A DNA stretch of 64,000 bases, from the NCBI RefSeq assembly GCF_009914755.1, contig NC_060945.1; one strand, given 5' to 3'. The first letter of the stretch is position 1. Each line of letters opens with the position of its first letter. Below the pieces are notes generated by a model that searched no databases, was not told the origin of the DNA, and saw only the letters and a list, made by a program, of their open reading frames with translations. Source of the stretch: the human T2T-CHM13v2.0 reference genome, Homo sapiens. Below, in pieces: positions 1 through 15,893 of this stretch. The translations under genes were made by a program, and so were the position numbers.

Positions 1-51
1 AGCAGGGGTCTCAACGAGTGCCGCGCCGTTTCCAGCCGTGCGCACGTCCCT

Positions 52-500
52 GTGGCTGCCGCAAGGAACAGAACGACTTGGTCATCTTGCAGTGGAAGTC
101 AGAAGCCTGAAGTGGGTCCCGCTGGGTGATAATCAAAGTGCCAGCTGGCCTGCGTTGCTTCTGAAGCCTCTAGGAGAGAATCCACCTCCTTGCCTCTTCC
201 AGCTTTTAGAGGCCGCCCTGTTCTGTCATAACTCAAGGCCCTGCATATGGCACAGGTGTGACTGTTCGCGCCCGCAGCTCCTTCACCAACCCTCCTGCCA
301 CCCTCCTTCCCTGCTTTCCTGTAAGGACCCCTGTGGTGACGTCAGGGCCACCTGGGTATCCAGAAGCATCTCCCCAGCTCGTGATCCCTCACTTAATCCC
401 ATCTCCAGCTGCCTTTTGCAGAGTAATGTGCACATTCATGGGTGCTGGGGACGGGGACATGGACATCTTGGGGTCGGGGTCATTATTCTGCCCACCACAG
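52..500 (-). mobile_element. MaLR LTR (MLT1D-like)
   Basis: CTCTAGGAGAGAATCC...CTTGCCTCTTCCAGCTT and the terminus CATTATTCTGCCCACCACA are typical of MLT1D/E. Confidence 0.6.
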
Positions 501-810
501 CCAACAATTACAATCAATGGGGATGAGAACTGGAAATGGTCCTGTATGATTCTCTTGCTGCCAGGCTTGAGAGCCAGCCAGGAGCACGCTGGGGGCCGAG
601 CGTGGGAACGTGCCACATGTGACGGTGCTCCCACGGCTCAGCGCTGCTTCCAGACACAGTCCTACTAGTTGGAGCCTATTTTGGCCACAGCTCTCACCTG
701 CGTTTTGGTGGTGGGAGGGGTGTTTCTGGGTTCCAGGTGAAGTTGGTTACACCTCCTGGGTGTTCAGGCATCAATGTTCACCTTCATCAAACGTTTAAAA
801 AATTGTGGTT

Positions 811-1515
<705 letters not shown>

Positions 1516-1880
1516 CACGGTCAGTTTATGTTATCTTGATTAGGTGCCAGTCCCCAGGGACTCAAACATGAGGCAAAGTGTTGCTGTGAAGGTGTTTTGT
1601 GCGTGCGATTAACATCTACAATCCGTCCACCTTGAGTAAAGGAGGTGATCCTGAATGACATGGGTGGGCCTTGTTCAAACAGTCAAAGGCCTGAAGAGCA
1701 AAAATGAGGTTTCCTGAGAAGAAGAAATTCTGCCTCAAAACTGCAACTCCAATTCCTTCCTGAGTTTTCAGCCTGCTGGCTCATCTATCAATGTTGGATT
1801 TGCCAGCCACCACTATTGATATCGATATCTATATGTATTTCTTAATATCTATATTTATATATCTTATTGGCTCTGTTCCT
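1516..1880 (+). mobile_element. ERVL LTR (MLT2-like)
   Basis: GTTGCTGTGAAGGT...GAGGTTTCCTGAGAAGAAGAAATTCTGCCTCAA...ATTGGCTCTGTT. Confidence 0.7.
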
Positions 1881-1889
1881 CCCTGCCTG

Positions 1890-2015
1890 TCACACAGTCT
1901 GTCTGCTTGCCAGTCTCTCCTATGGGAATGTAGCCCCCTGAAGTCAGGAACTGTCTTTTTTATAGCTGTATCCAGTCAGCTAGTGTGGCACACAGTAGGT
2001 GCTTAATAAAAACAT
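1890..2015 (+). mobile_element. L2 3' end fragment
   Basis: GGCACACAGTAGGTGCTTAATAAA L2 terminus. Confidence 0.65.
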
Positions 2016-2377
2016 AGCTACTTTCTAATTGCTCTGGCGCTCACATGGAAGTGGCTTGAACAGTAGACGCATGGGAGAGAGCTGTTCCTGGCATCCTGAT
2101 GGCCTGGTGTGCATCTCGGGTAATTCATACAGTATCTTACGTTTGCCCTCTCCTTATTAATGTCACCCAGCCCTACCTATTCTAGGCAGCTGCGTTCACT
2201 CTGGTGAAGGGGATAAGTTCTCTGGGAACCTTCATTTGCTGAGTCAGTGTGGCCACCTAGGGTTTCTGCTTGGATGTGTTCCTGACACATCCGCCCCGGT
2301 CTCCAGCCCTGGGTGGACAGCTCTGCGTAAGTGTTCCCATTGCTCCTAGGAATTCGCTCTAGTCTCAGACCCAACAC

Positions 2378-2420
2378 ATTCATCCATCCATCCATCCATC
2401 CATCCATCCATCCATCCATT
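2378..2420. repeat. (CCAT)n microsatellite at an L2 tail
   Basis: About 10 CATC units. Confidence 0.9.
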
Positions 2421-2647
2421 CAACAATCTGTGTTCAATGCCTCTTCCCATTTAGCACTGGGGATACAGTGGTGAACAAAAGAGATGACAATTCCTGCCCT
2501 CATGGAGCTTACCTTCTAGTAGAGAAGGCAGACCATACACAAGATAAATAAGGGGACTATACTGAATGTTAGAGAATAACGTGTGTTCAGGAGGAAAAGA
2601 ACTGCCAGAGGAGAGGAGGGCGTGAGATGTGTGGAAGTCCTCATGCA

Positions 2648-3005
2648 TTGGTCAGCTCTTGTTATGGTAATGCTACATAACAAACACCCCTAAGTTCCAG
2701 TGGCTTCCACCCATTCTCTTGGGTCTATGGTTTGCTTGGGTGGTTCTGCCTCAGGCATTGGGTTGGGTTAGGGCCACTCCATGTGTTACCCTTCTGAGGT
2801 TCAGACAGAGGGAACAGCGTCTATGTGGGCACAGCCTTCTCATGGCGCAGGGCTCAACCATGCACGCACATTGAATGCCTTCAGCCGGACATGGCCAAAG
2901 TTATGTCTGCTCACACTCCATTGCCCAAAGCAAGTCACAAGTCGCAACAAGTCAGAAGGCTGGGGACACACACTCTGCCCATAGCGAGCCATGGCAGAGT
3001 CACTC
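2648..3005 (-). mobile_element. Old MaLR LTR (MLT1J/K/L-like)
   Basis: GGTAATGCTACATAACAAACACCCC...CATTGCCCAAAGCAAGTCACA. Confidence 0.55.
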
Positions 3006-3016
3006 ACAAGGTGGGC

Positions 3017-3390
3017 GCTGTGGTTCGAATGCTTCTCTCAAGAAGCATGTGTTGGAAACTTATTCCCCAAGGCCACAGTGTTGGGAGGCGGGCCTAATGG
3101 GAGGTGATTCGGCCCTGGGGTGACTAGGCGAGAGGCGGGGCCCTCATGAATGGATGAATGCTATAATCGCTAGAATACGTTTGTTATCGTGAATCTGGGC
3201 TCCTTACGAAAGGGTGCGTTGGGTCCCCCCTCTCTTTGCTCTTCCACCTGCTGCTGCGGGATGACACAGCAGGAAGTCCCACCTGCCAACTTCTCAGCCT
3301 CCAGAACTGGGAGGAAATAAAGTTCTGTTCTTTATAAAGTGTGTAGTCTGCGGTATTCTGTTATAGCAGCACAAAATGGATTACGACAGC
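3017..3390 (+). mobile_element. MaLR LTR (MST-like)
   Basis: CATGTGTTGGAAACTTA...CAGCCTCCAGAACTG...AAATAAA...GTTATAGCAGCACAAAATGGA. Confidence 0.75.
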
Positions 3391-3885
3391 GGGTTTTCGG
3401 TACAGACCTCAAGGAAATTAGTGCACCAGCCATGCAGAGAACTGCAGGAAGAGCTCTCTGAGGTGGGAACAGGCCATGCAAAGGCCCTGAGGTAGGAGGG
3501 CACATGCGCCTCGGAGAACCCCAAGGGGCCAGCATGGTAGGAGCATTGGGAACAAGGGGAGGCTGGGGCTAGGTCTGTAAGGCACTGCGGGTCACCGTAA
3601 AGAATTTGACTTTTCCCCTGGGTAAGAAGGGAAATCAGGCAAGATGTGGAGTCCAGGAGGGGCCTGATGCAATCCTCGTTTTAGGAATTGCCCCAGCTGC
3701 TGGGTGGAGAATAGACTTGGAGGCAAAGCCATAAATGGGAACCCAGGGAGGCACGAACGGCAACCATCCAGGCAGAGGACAGTGCTGTCTTGGATCGAGG
3801 TGGTGGGGTGGTGAGGAATGGGTAAAGTCTGGACAGTTTTTGCAGGTAGAGGTGACAGAATTTGCTGATAAATCAGGGATGGGGC

Positions 3886-4222
3886 GTGTCTCAGTCCGCT
3901 TGGGCTGCCGTACAAGATACCACAGACTGAGTGATTTAAATAACAGAAATTTATTATCTCAGTTCTAGAGGCTGGAAGTCTGAGATGAAAGTGTCAGAAG
4001 GGCTGGCTCTTCCTGAGGCCTCTCTCTGTGGTTTGCGGACAGCCACCTTCTCCCTGTGTCCTCACAGGGCCTTTCCTCTGGGCACACACATCCCTGGTGT
4101 CTCTTTCTCTTTTCTTATAAGGACGCCAGTCCTATTGGATTAGAGCCCCCTGCTTATGACCTAATGTAATGTTGATTACCTCCTCCTATCTCCAAATACA
4201 GTCACACTGGGGTTAGGGCTGT
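3886..4222 (-). mobile_element. MaLR LTR (MLT1A-like)
   Basis: AACAGAAATTTATT..CTCAGTTCTAGAGGCTGGAAGTC...CTCCAAATACAGTCACACTGGGGTTAGGGCT. Confidence 0.75.
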
Positions 4223-4224
4223 AG

Positions 4225-4678
<454 letters not shown>

Positions 4679-4699
4679 TGATAGCTGGGGTAAGAAAGG

Positions 4700-5350
4700 C
4701 CGTGGGAACAGCCGGTTTCAGACACGCTGGGTCTAAGACGCTGCGTCTGGCGCTGCTCGGCATCCAATGGGAGCCGTGGAGAAGCCAGGCGAGTGCGTAG
4801 GGCGGAGCCAGCGCACAGGAAATAGGACGTGATGAGGTCAACCGGCTGGTCCAAGTGTGGACGGAAGTAGAGGATGCAAGCACCGAGCCCCGGGGCCCCC
4901 AGCATTGGCGGGGAGGAGCTCGCGGTGCGGGAGAAGCAGGGGACCGCGCATCCTGGAGACCAGGTGGAGCCAGTGCGCCCGGAAGGGGCGTGGCCCGCTG
5001 ACAGCCGCCCAGGAGGCCGGGGGAGGCCTGGAGCCGAGGGCCGCGCGTGGCAATGTGGAGAGACATTTTGGTGGAGTCATGGGGCCACAGCCTGATTGGT
5101 GAGAACAGGAAGGGAAATTGCAGATGGGCCTGGGCCCCCTGGCTCCCGCATACTCCAGGACCAGGGCTGAGTCATCGTTCACCGTGTGTGACCAGGGCCC
5201 CGTGTGGCCGGCTGTCACTCGGTATCCAGTTACCCTGGGCAGACCACTGGCGGCACCCCCCAGCCAGAGGCCGCAGCAACACACACGCCTGCAGGCGACC
5301 AGGCCGGACTGCATGCCCCGTGGGGGAACTGAGGGCGTTTCAGTAACAGA
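4700..5350. promoter_or_regulatory. CpG-island-like segment with ETS, GC-box and CCAAT motifs
   Basis: About 33 CpGs by manual count in 4700-5050; CCAAT near 4764, GGGCGG near 4800, CGGAAGT near 4862, ATTGG near 5095. Confidence 0.6.
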
Positions 5351-5700
5351 GTGTTAGGGGACACGGGTTGGGTGGCTTGGAAAGGGCCTAAGGTGGGGTT
5401 TGTTTTAGATTGGGGTGGTGAGGGCGCAGGGGCCCGGTAGGATTCTCTAACAGGGCAGCAGCCACTCATTTAGCAACAGGAGAGGCGTCCAGCGTTTCGT
5501 GGGCTGTGCGGTGACCTTGCTTTTGTGCTTAGACACGATTACGGGTGGCCTTGCTTCATCTCCTTCTGCCATGGTCTCGTGGCCCCTGTCTCAGCTGGCG
5601 TTCCGGGAGGTTGTTTACGTCCAGGAGGAAAGCAAAAGCCTGGCCCTGAGCATCAGGGTGGCTCTGGACGCCAGGGCTGTACTGTGTTCTTTCTCGACAC
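5150..5700 (-). mobile_element. ERV LTR-like element (possibly MER76-like), unusually CpG-rich
   Basis: GGGGGAACTGAGGGCGTTTCAGTAACAGAGTGTTAG and GTTGTTTACGTCCAGGAGG...CTTTCTC resemble a remembered LTR consensus. Confidence 0.4.
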
Positions 5701-5788
5701 GAATGAGTTTCTGGACAGTTTTCCCGGCTAGTGCAGACCCACACTGACTGAAAACCGAAATCTTTGCACATGAGAAAAATAACTCCCA

Positions 5789-5936
5789 TGGCAAGGCGTG
5801 GCGGCTCACACCTGTAATCTCAGTGCTTTGGGAGGCCAAGGCAGGAAGATCGCTTGAGGCCAGGAGTTCGAGGCCAGCCTGGGCAACATAAGGATACCCT
5901 GTCTGTACAAAAATAACAGATTAAAAAAAAAAAACA
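5789..5936 (+). mobile_element. Free left Alu monomer (FLAM)
   Basis: Single left arm plus A tail; TSD AAAATAACTCCCAT / AAAATAACACCCAT. Confidence 0.85.
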
Positions 5937-6114
5937 AAATAACACCCATGGTGCAGCCATTTCTTGGGGGGTTATGGTAATTTTAGTAGCAATCATCTAA
6001 GAAGAGGTTTTGTTTCCTCAACCCGAATGCGCTCCCTTTCCTCAAGGCTCTGAGAGCAGCAGGAAGGCTCACCTTCCTTGTTTAGTGAGGTGTTAACCTT
6101 CCTGGGTTCACCCC

Positions 6115-6605
6115 GGTGCAACGGTTTGTGTCATGCATCAACTTGGCTGGGCCACGGCGCCCGGTTTGGTCAAACGCCCATCTGGATGTTGTCGTGGACA
6201 GCTGTGTAGATGTGATTCGTATTTAGGTCAGTAGACTTTTAAAGCTGGTGACCTTCCGTCGTGTGGGTGGGTCTTGTCCGGTCAGCCAGAGGCCTTAAGT
6301 TCAAAGACTAAGCTTTCCTGAAGAAGAAGGAATTGCACCTCCCTCAAGACTGCAATACAGAAACCCTGCCTGGGTATCCAGCATGCCGCCCTGCAGAACT
6401 TGGACTTGAGACCTCAGTCAGCTCTTGCCTGAGTCTCCAGCCTGCCGCCTGCCCTGCAGATTTTGGAAGTGACAACCCCCACAATTGCCCGAGCCAATTT
6501 CTTCAAATAAATCTCTTTCCCTCCATCCATCCATTCATCCTTCTGTCCACCTATCCTATCGGCTCTGTTCTGTGGGTTCTGTTCCTCTGGGAACCCTGAC
6601 AGATG
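6115..6605 (+). mobile_element. ERVL LTR (MLT2-like)
   Basis: CAACTTGGCTGGGCCACGG...CCTGAAGAAGAAGGAATT...TCTGTTCCTCTGGGAACCCTGAC. Confidence 0.72.
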
Positions 6606-8135
6606 CCCCTGGTTTGGTGGGTGTCATGGTCTCTGGTGCTGGTGCTACACCCTGTTGCTGCCCTGGCCAGAAGCCTGCAGGTGCCTCTGAGCCCACGGAA
6701 GCTAAGGGGGCCGTTTCCAAGGGGCCGCATTCCCCGCCTCTCTGCTCTTGGGGCTTCGGTCCATTCGGCCCGCGTGAGAGCTAGGAGTGCCACAGTCGAC
6801 ATCCTCAGTGGGATTGGTACCAGTTGCCTACACCAGCAACCCTCTCATGGAGGAGCCTTCGGTGGCTTTGCTCCTTACCCCACCTCCTGCCCCCTCACTC
6901 ACTCCTGCTTCCCAGGTCACCTTCCAAAGGCCCCACACCTGCCTTCTCCTCTCCATCCCCCGAGGTGGGGAGCCAACACCCCCCCAGCAGCCCACCTCCC
7001 TGCTTTCCCTTGGAAGCACTGCTCTCCAGGTGTCCACAGGCAGCAGGGGTTGGGGGGCTCCTTAGCGCCTTCGCCTTGACCAGGCACGTGGAGTCATGGA
7101 TCCAGATCCTGGCTCTGAGAGCGCCTGCTTCTGACTGCAGGCCTGGCCGACCCGTGTCATTGCCCCTCGAGGCAGGGCGGAACCTCTGGGTGGGGAAAGG
7201 TGGGCCGTGCTGCTCAGGAACCAAAGGCAAACCAGCCTTGTCCTCACGCCCAGAGCTGTGTCCAGCCTCCTCGGCGAGCCTGGGTTGATTCCAGGAGAGA
7301 CTAAGCACCCACTGTGTCCCACGCCTTCAGCCACGTCGCCCGTCACCTGCGGCCTGAGTGTTCCCTTCCAGAGGGCGTGAAAAACAATTGTCTGCTGAGA
7401 GGTCTTTGAAGGGGAAACAAGTGCCCGGGGCAGGCCAGGACCGCAGACTGGATCTTGAGGACTGGCAGCGCAGTGTTTTGTGCAGAAAAGCTAAGGGAGA
7501 TGTTACGTGCTCAGACCACACGAAGCGGGCAGCATCGTGGCGGGCTTAGCCCGGGCACTGCCTCTCGAAGCTTCCAGGAGCTTCCTGTAACTTTCCGGAT
7601 GGTGCCGCAGCTGCTTCCCCGGCACCCGGGTCGCCGGGGTTCTGACTGCAGAGGGTTTCTGTGCGGGGTGCGGGGTCCACTCAGGTGAAGCACTCAGGAC
7701 ACCCCTGGTGTGGTGACAGCAGCAGCGTCACTGTCACGGGTGATGCGGCAACAGCTCCTCTCCCTCCTCCAGCACTGGCCTAGGAACTGTTCATTCTTCT
7801 GAACACAGCGAATGCCCAGGGCTTGAGCCCCCCTTGCCTGCCTCCAGTCATTTCTGGGTCAGGTGGGCTAAGAACAAACACACAGTGAGTGTCGAGTCTT
7901 GCCCGGTGACTGACTGCAGAAGCCTCTGTGTGGCTTCGCTCCCGGATGTCTGAAGGCCCCTCCCTGGGCTGCACGGCGGCTCCTGCGGGGCACTGCGGGA
8001 AGAGCCCCAGCTCTCCAGCTAAACCTGTGGGATGCGGCCATGGTGAGAAAAGGAAACGACCATCTTCACGCTGACACTGAGCAAAGAAAAGATAAAACTC
8101 ATAGCAAATTTACCATGTTAGATTTACAAACGTTA

Positions 8136-8443
<308 letters not shown>

Positions 8444-8829
8444 TCAACGAAGCCAAAATCTAATAAAATTGATAAACCGCCCCAATTAATCACGAAAGAG
8501 GTGGAGACAAATAAACAAGAGGGATGAGAAAAAAAAAAACAAAATGCCCACCACGCTCGTGAGGCCGGAGATCACCGAGGAATCCGAGCACCCGGGGGAC
8601 GCTGCATGCCCGTGAGTGTGATACCTACACAAAGGAGGATTTTCTAAAAACCAGAAGTCCTATGGCCATTAAAAAATGGAATCAGTAGGAAAAAAAAAAG
8701 CCCCAAAGAGAAAGTAACATTCCTAGATGTTAACTGGTGAGTTTCTACCAACAAGTAAGAACAGTTTCAGTTTTATAGAAATTCTCCCAAAGAAAAGAAA
8801 ATTAGAAAACATGCTTCCCTCACCTCCCG

Positions 8830-9159
<330 letters not shown>

Positions 9160-10893
9160 TAACGTTGGTATCAAAACCGGATAAGCACAATACAAGAGAG
9201 AGCTACAGGCCAGCTGCATTCAGAGCACAGGTGGAAAATCCTAAACGTAACAGAGCTGAACCCATCGTCCCATCTAGCGCTCCTGGGAGGCAAGCCTGGG
9301 CTGGGGTGCCCCCACCCATCCTGGTGAGAGCCTCGGGCTGAGCTGCCTTGATCCCAAGGGTTCTGCTTCCCCATGGTTCCCCGAAGGGCCCAGAAAGACA
9401 CGTCAGAAAGTTGGGGACGGGGTGAGGGAGGCCATCATCCTTTGGAGCAGATTTGGCCACCTGGAGATGAGAAGAGCCAGTTCTGCAAAGTACCCTCCCT
9501 CCCTTCCTCACCTCCCTTTCACTTCCCTGGGGTGGTACCTCCCAACAAAACATCTGCACCTAGACGCTCCCCAGGCCCCCTCTTCTTGGAAACCTGGGCT
9601 AAGACAGTAACTAAGCTGGGTTGGTTCCAATCATGTGAGATTGGTTTAGCATTAGACAACTGATTCATAAAGTTCTTTGTATTAACATATCAAAAGAGGA
9701 AAAGACGTATGACCTTTTCAGGAACGCAGAAGCAATTTCAGAAAAAATGATACCTACGTAACAACCAGAGCAGTGAGCAGATTCTTTTTAGGTCATGATG
9801 CAAACACATCAACTGTAAAAGAACATATTTGAGACAATCAGGGTTATCTGATGAGGGACTAGGTTTTAGATGACATCGAGAAATTGTTAGGAATCCTGTC
9901 AAACGTGAGAGGGAATTTGCGCTTATAGAAAGAAATGTTCGATTTGTAGGAGAGGTACCTGAAGTGCGCGGGGGTGAAATGACGTGGCGTCTGTGCTTTG
10001 CTTTAAAATACTCCAGTAAAGAAAAAAACCAAGAGAAGCGGGAAGCAGGGCAAAATCCTCCTAATTGTTGGATCTGGCTGAGGAGTATGTGAAGGGCTCA
10101 TTGTTCCATGGTCTCTACTTTTGAGACTGTGTAAAAATTTTCATGATAAAAATAAACTCAATGAAGTAGCATTTGCCGCCACCGTAAAAGTAATACCCCG
10201 TGATGGGCGCACCAGGTGCTGGCCCGCAGGGGGAGGGCGGGACGTCACTGGCTCTGTCCCCGTCACCCATGACCTGCACGTCCTGGCAGTGGTGAGCGCC
10301 CAGTGTGTGCTGTGGGACAGAATTATCTCTAAACCCCCGAAAGAGGATCCTCTCCCCAACTTAACTCCAGCCTCGGAGGGCCTCGGGGGTCTATGGCACA
10401 CTCTCCCTGCTGGCTTTGTTCTGGAAAGGGCTGGCGGGACATGACCGGCCCCACGTTGCACTCTGAGGGCAGCTCGGGGGTCTGCAGGGGACCATCCTGT
10501 GTAACCTGCTGACCTCGAGGAGAAGCAGGGCGAGGGCTTAGCTCAGGCACATTCCCCGCTGAGCCACAACAATGCCCCATCCGCCCTACACAGGCGGATT
10601 TGTGTGTGAGCCCCGCGGGGCCCTGGAGTGGAAAATTGCAGCGCCAGCCTTTGTGGGGCAGACTGCTGGCGTTACGGGAATCCTGTAGATGAAGTGAATG
10701 TGGCCTTTGTGTGAGGGGCTGGCATTGAGCTCGGGTGCAGTGGGGCGGCAAATCGCTGAGGACAGGCTTAAGCTGGGCCGCGGAAACAATGCCGGGGAGC
10801 CACGGAGGAGCCATCGCAGAGGCCGGGAAAAACCTCCCGACAGGGCTCGATCTGTAGAGATATTTGAGAAAAATGATCTCCGAGACAGTGGCT

Positions 10894-11760
10894 TACACAC
10901 CCCCACGCATACACACCACGGACACACACCACACACATCACACACACACCATACACTATAGATGTACCACACACACACCCCACCACCTATACAACACACA
11001 CCACACACACCACACACACACCATACACTATAGATGTACCACACATACACACCCCACACCACCTATACAACACACACCACACACACCACAGACACACACC
11101 ACAGATATACCACACACACACCAGATACACAACATACACATCACACACACCACACAGACACACACCACAGATACTCCACACTGCACACACATCATACACC
11201 ACACACACACCACACACACATCACACACATCACACACACATCACACACATCGCACACCACACGCACCACAGAAACATCACACACCACACATATACCACAC
11301 ACCCCACATTCCACACACCCCACACATCACATAAACACCACACACACACCACTCACATCACACACCACATATACCACACACATCACATATACAACACACA
11401 CCACACACACACCCCACACATCACATATACAACACACACAGCACATACCAGACACATCACACACACACACACCACACACACTATACACGGTACATTGTAC
11501 ACCACACACCACACACACATCACACACACGTCACAGAAACCCCACACACCACACATATACCACACACACACACCACACACGTCACAGACACACCACACAC
11601 ACCACACCCATCACAGAAACCCCACACACCACACGTATACCACACACACACCACACACGTCACAGAAACCCCACACACCACACACACATCACACACCACA
11701 TATCCAACACACACCCCCCACACACCACACATATCAAATATACACCACACCCCCACACAC
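10894..11760. repeat. Degenerate CA-rich low-complexity array
   Basis: CACAC-rich tract with internal duplications (CATACACTATAGATGTACCACAC twice; TCACAGAAACCCCACACACCACAC three times). Confidence 0.95.
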
Positions 11761-12684
11761 GCTCCCAGACCAGTTGGAGCCCTGCCCTCGCACCCCAGAT
11801 CCCGCACATCTGTCCCTCTGTTCCCTTGGCCTCCCACCCCTTCTCCACCCTCAGGAGCCCCATGCAGCCCACACTGGGTCCTGCCCAGCCCCTGGGCCGG
11901 AGGGGATGGTCCCCCTGCGCCGTCCCCAGCGCTGCCCACCCTGCAGAACGTCCTCAGGCGGCCGGGCTCCACACCTGCGACAGGCCCGAGGCCCCGGCTG
12001 CAGGCCCCACTCGGCTGCAGTTCCCGTCGAGGCAGCCAATGGCCTTGAGGCCTCTCCCAGGTGGGACGGCCCCTGCGAGGGCTGGTGGGCACAGGGGCCA
12101 GCCCTGCCCCATGGCCTTGCTCAGCTGTGGGAGGCGTGCCTTTTCTTTCTCTGATCTCTGTGAAACTCTTACTTTTTCTTCCCCGGGGCGGGGGGGTGAG
12201 GGTCGGGCCTGTGGTGGCACTGCGCTGAGCCAGGCATGCTGGGCTGGCGTCTCCCTTGCTGGGGCGCAGATGGCCTAGGTGGGGCCCGTGTGGAAGCTGC
12301 GTCCATCTGACTCTGCCGCCTGTGCGGTCTCTGCATCTGTGAGGGGGGACCCAGCAGCAGTGGCCCAGGGTGGGGCTGGGACTGAGGGTCAGGCCGGATG
12401 GAGCTGTGCGGCGGCACCTGGCCCACATTCTCCCTGCGGCCACCAAGACCCCAGGTGGGCACTGGCACCTTGGGCTATGCCCAGGTCCCCACCCTCAGCC
12501 TTCTCTGGAAGCTGCTGGCTCTGTGGTGACCCCCTCCCGCACCCCCTTAACCCAAGGCGGGTCCTTTGGGGCCCACTGGGTGCTCTGGCTGGGTCTGCCC
12601 TGGGCTGGTCACTCTCGCCAGGGTCTCGGTCCAGGGCACAGGCAGGAGTGACGGTTACTCTCCAGGAGGCCGGGAGAACCAAGA

Positions 12685-12787
12685 GACATCCAATGAGGAA
12701 GGGCTGCCCATGCTTAAAGATGTCCAGTGAGGAAGGGCCACCCGTGCCCAGGGACATCCAGTGAGGAAGGGCTGCCTGTGCCCAGGG
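12685..12787. repeat. 34-bp tandem repeat, 3 copies
   Basis: GAYRTCCARTGAGGAAGGGC starts at 12685, 12719 and 12753. Confidence 0.85.
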
Positions 12788-14034
12788 TGATCATGTTTGC
12801 ACAGACCCCGGTGTGCCTGCGGGGCTGAGCTGTTTGCCTACCCCCATGCCCTCCCCAGGTGGCAGGCTACAAGACCAGCCTTGTTCTTGCCCTTCCCAGC
12901 CCTGGCCTGGGAGTCAGACACTTGACTCGTAGCCTTGACTTCCGTGCCAGGCTGCCTGGAGAGGCCAGCCTCTTCCCGGAGGGGTCCTTGGGGCCTACTG
13001 GGCAGACCTCTCTCTCCACGGCCCTTCCTGTCCCTAGGCGGACCTTTCCCTGACCCAGCTCACACCAGCCTGGGGCCTGTGTGCTGGGGCCGGGCTCCTG
13101 CAGGCTGTCCCGGGCAGGCGCCAGGGGGCCCTGTGCCACTGGGCGGTGGTGTGGGAGGCACAGGAAGAAGCTTACCTCACCCTTCAGACATCCTGGGGGG
13201 TACCCTTGTTTCCTATATCATTTCAACCTTGGGGTCCCAGCATTGCTGGCGACGAGGCCGGCTGCAGGTTTTGGCTCAGAGGCAGACTGAGGGCAGCGCC
13301 AAAGGGCTCCAGGCCTCCCGAAACAGCCTCGGTCTGCTCACACTTGGAGGGCTGTCAGAGGCCACTGGACGCCAGCAAGAAGGTTGAGGAGCCCCAGGCC
13401 GGCGGTGCCCCCAGGGTATCTGACACCAGAGTGAGTCACAGTTTTGAATATTCCATCCTCCATACCGCAAAATTATTTTCAGGATAGTTATGTAATAATC
13501 ACGGATAATCATGATTTTCTTGATTCATTCTTTAAAGCAATTAACAGAAAAAGAATGCATTTCAATGTTAAAGATATTCAAATTCAGTGACTTCTTTCAT
13601 GCATGAGCTAACATCTCAGCTTCAGCACCACATCTCCGTTTTCGCTCTGGTTTCACAGTCTCACATTTGAAACACAGAATAAAAACACCAAGAGGTCATG
13701 CAGAATGACAGAACTGAAATACTTCCAGCTCGGTTTCTTTGTGAGTGCTGTTGTTGTTATGTGAAATTTCTCGTTTAAGCACAGAAATATGTTGAACCAC
13801 GGGCTGGAGATGAGAACCCCTCCCCCAGTGCACCTGCACCCGCCCTTCAAAGCCGCTCCAAGCCAATGCAGGTGGCTGCGTCTGCAGTGTCGGGAGTGGC
13901 CCCATGACTGGAAGTTCACTGGAAAATTTCCACTCAGTAAATGTTTAGAACAAGAAATAAAACTGTGCTAATGTGAAGATTACAGAAATATAGTCTATCC
14001 TCATGACTCATGCATTCCAGATTTGGGAATTCCC

Positions 14035-14891
<857 letters not shown>

Positions 14892-15174
14892 AATTTATTT
14901 GTGACCCCAAATCAATAATTGCAGAGTTTTCCTGGTCATTCACAGATGTGTAGAGAGTGCCGAGACATTTGTCTCCTTACACATATTCCTGGGTGAGGTT
15001 GAACAAGGCAGCACTATGCCCTCTTGTTTCAGCCTCAGGCGGTCAACCAGTATCCTTTTTGAGGTCTATTTAGTGCCATGATTTTTGCATTTCGTGTGTT
15101 TTGTTTGTGATTTTGCTTTTTAAAACGTCCCCAAGCCCAGTGCTGAAGAGCTGTGTGCTTGGAGGCATTTTTAA

Positions 15175-15893
<719 letters not shown>

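Noticed and set aside
337-344. Full CRE TGACGTCA
   Set aside because: Isolated motif inside an old MLT1 LTR with no supporting promoter context.
10586-12446. 414-aa, 308-aa and neighbouring ORFs
   Set aside because: They derive from the CA array plus GC-rich stop-poor sequence and show no recognisable homology.
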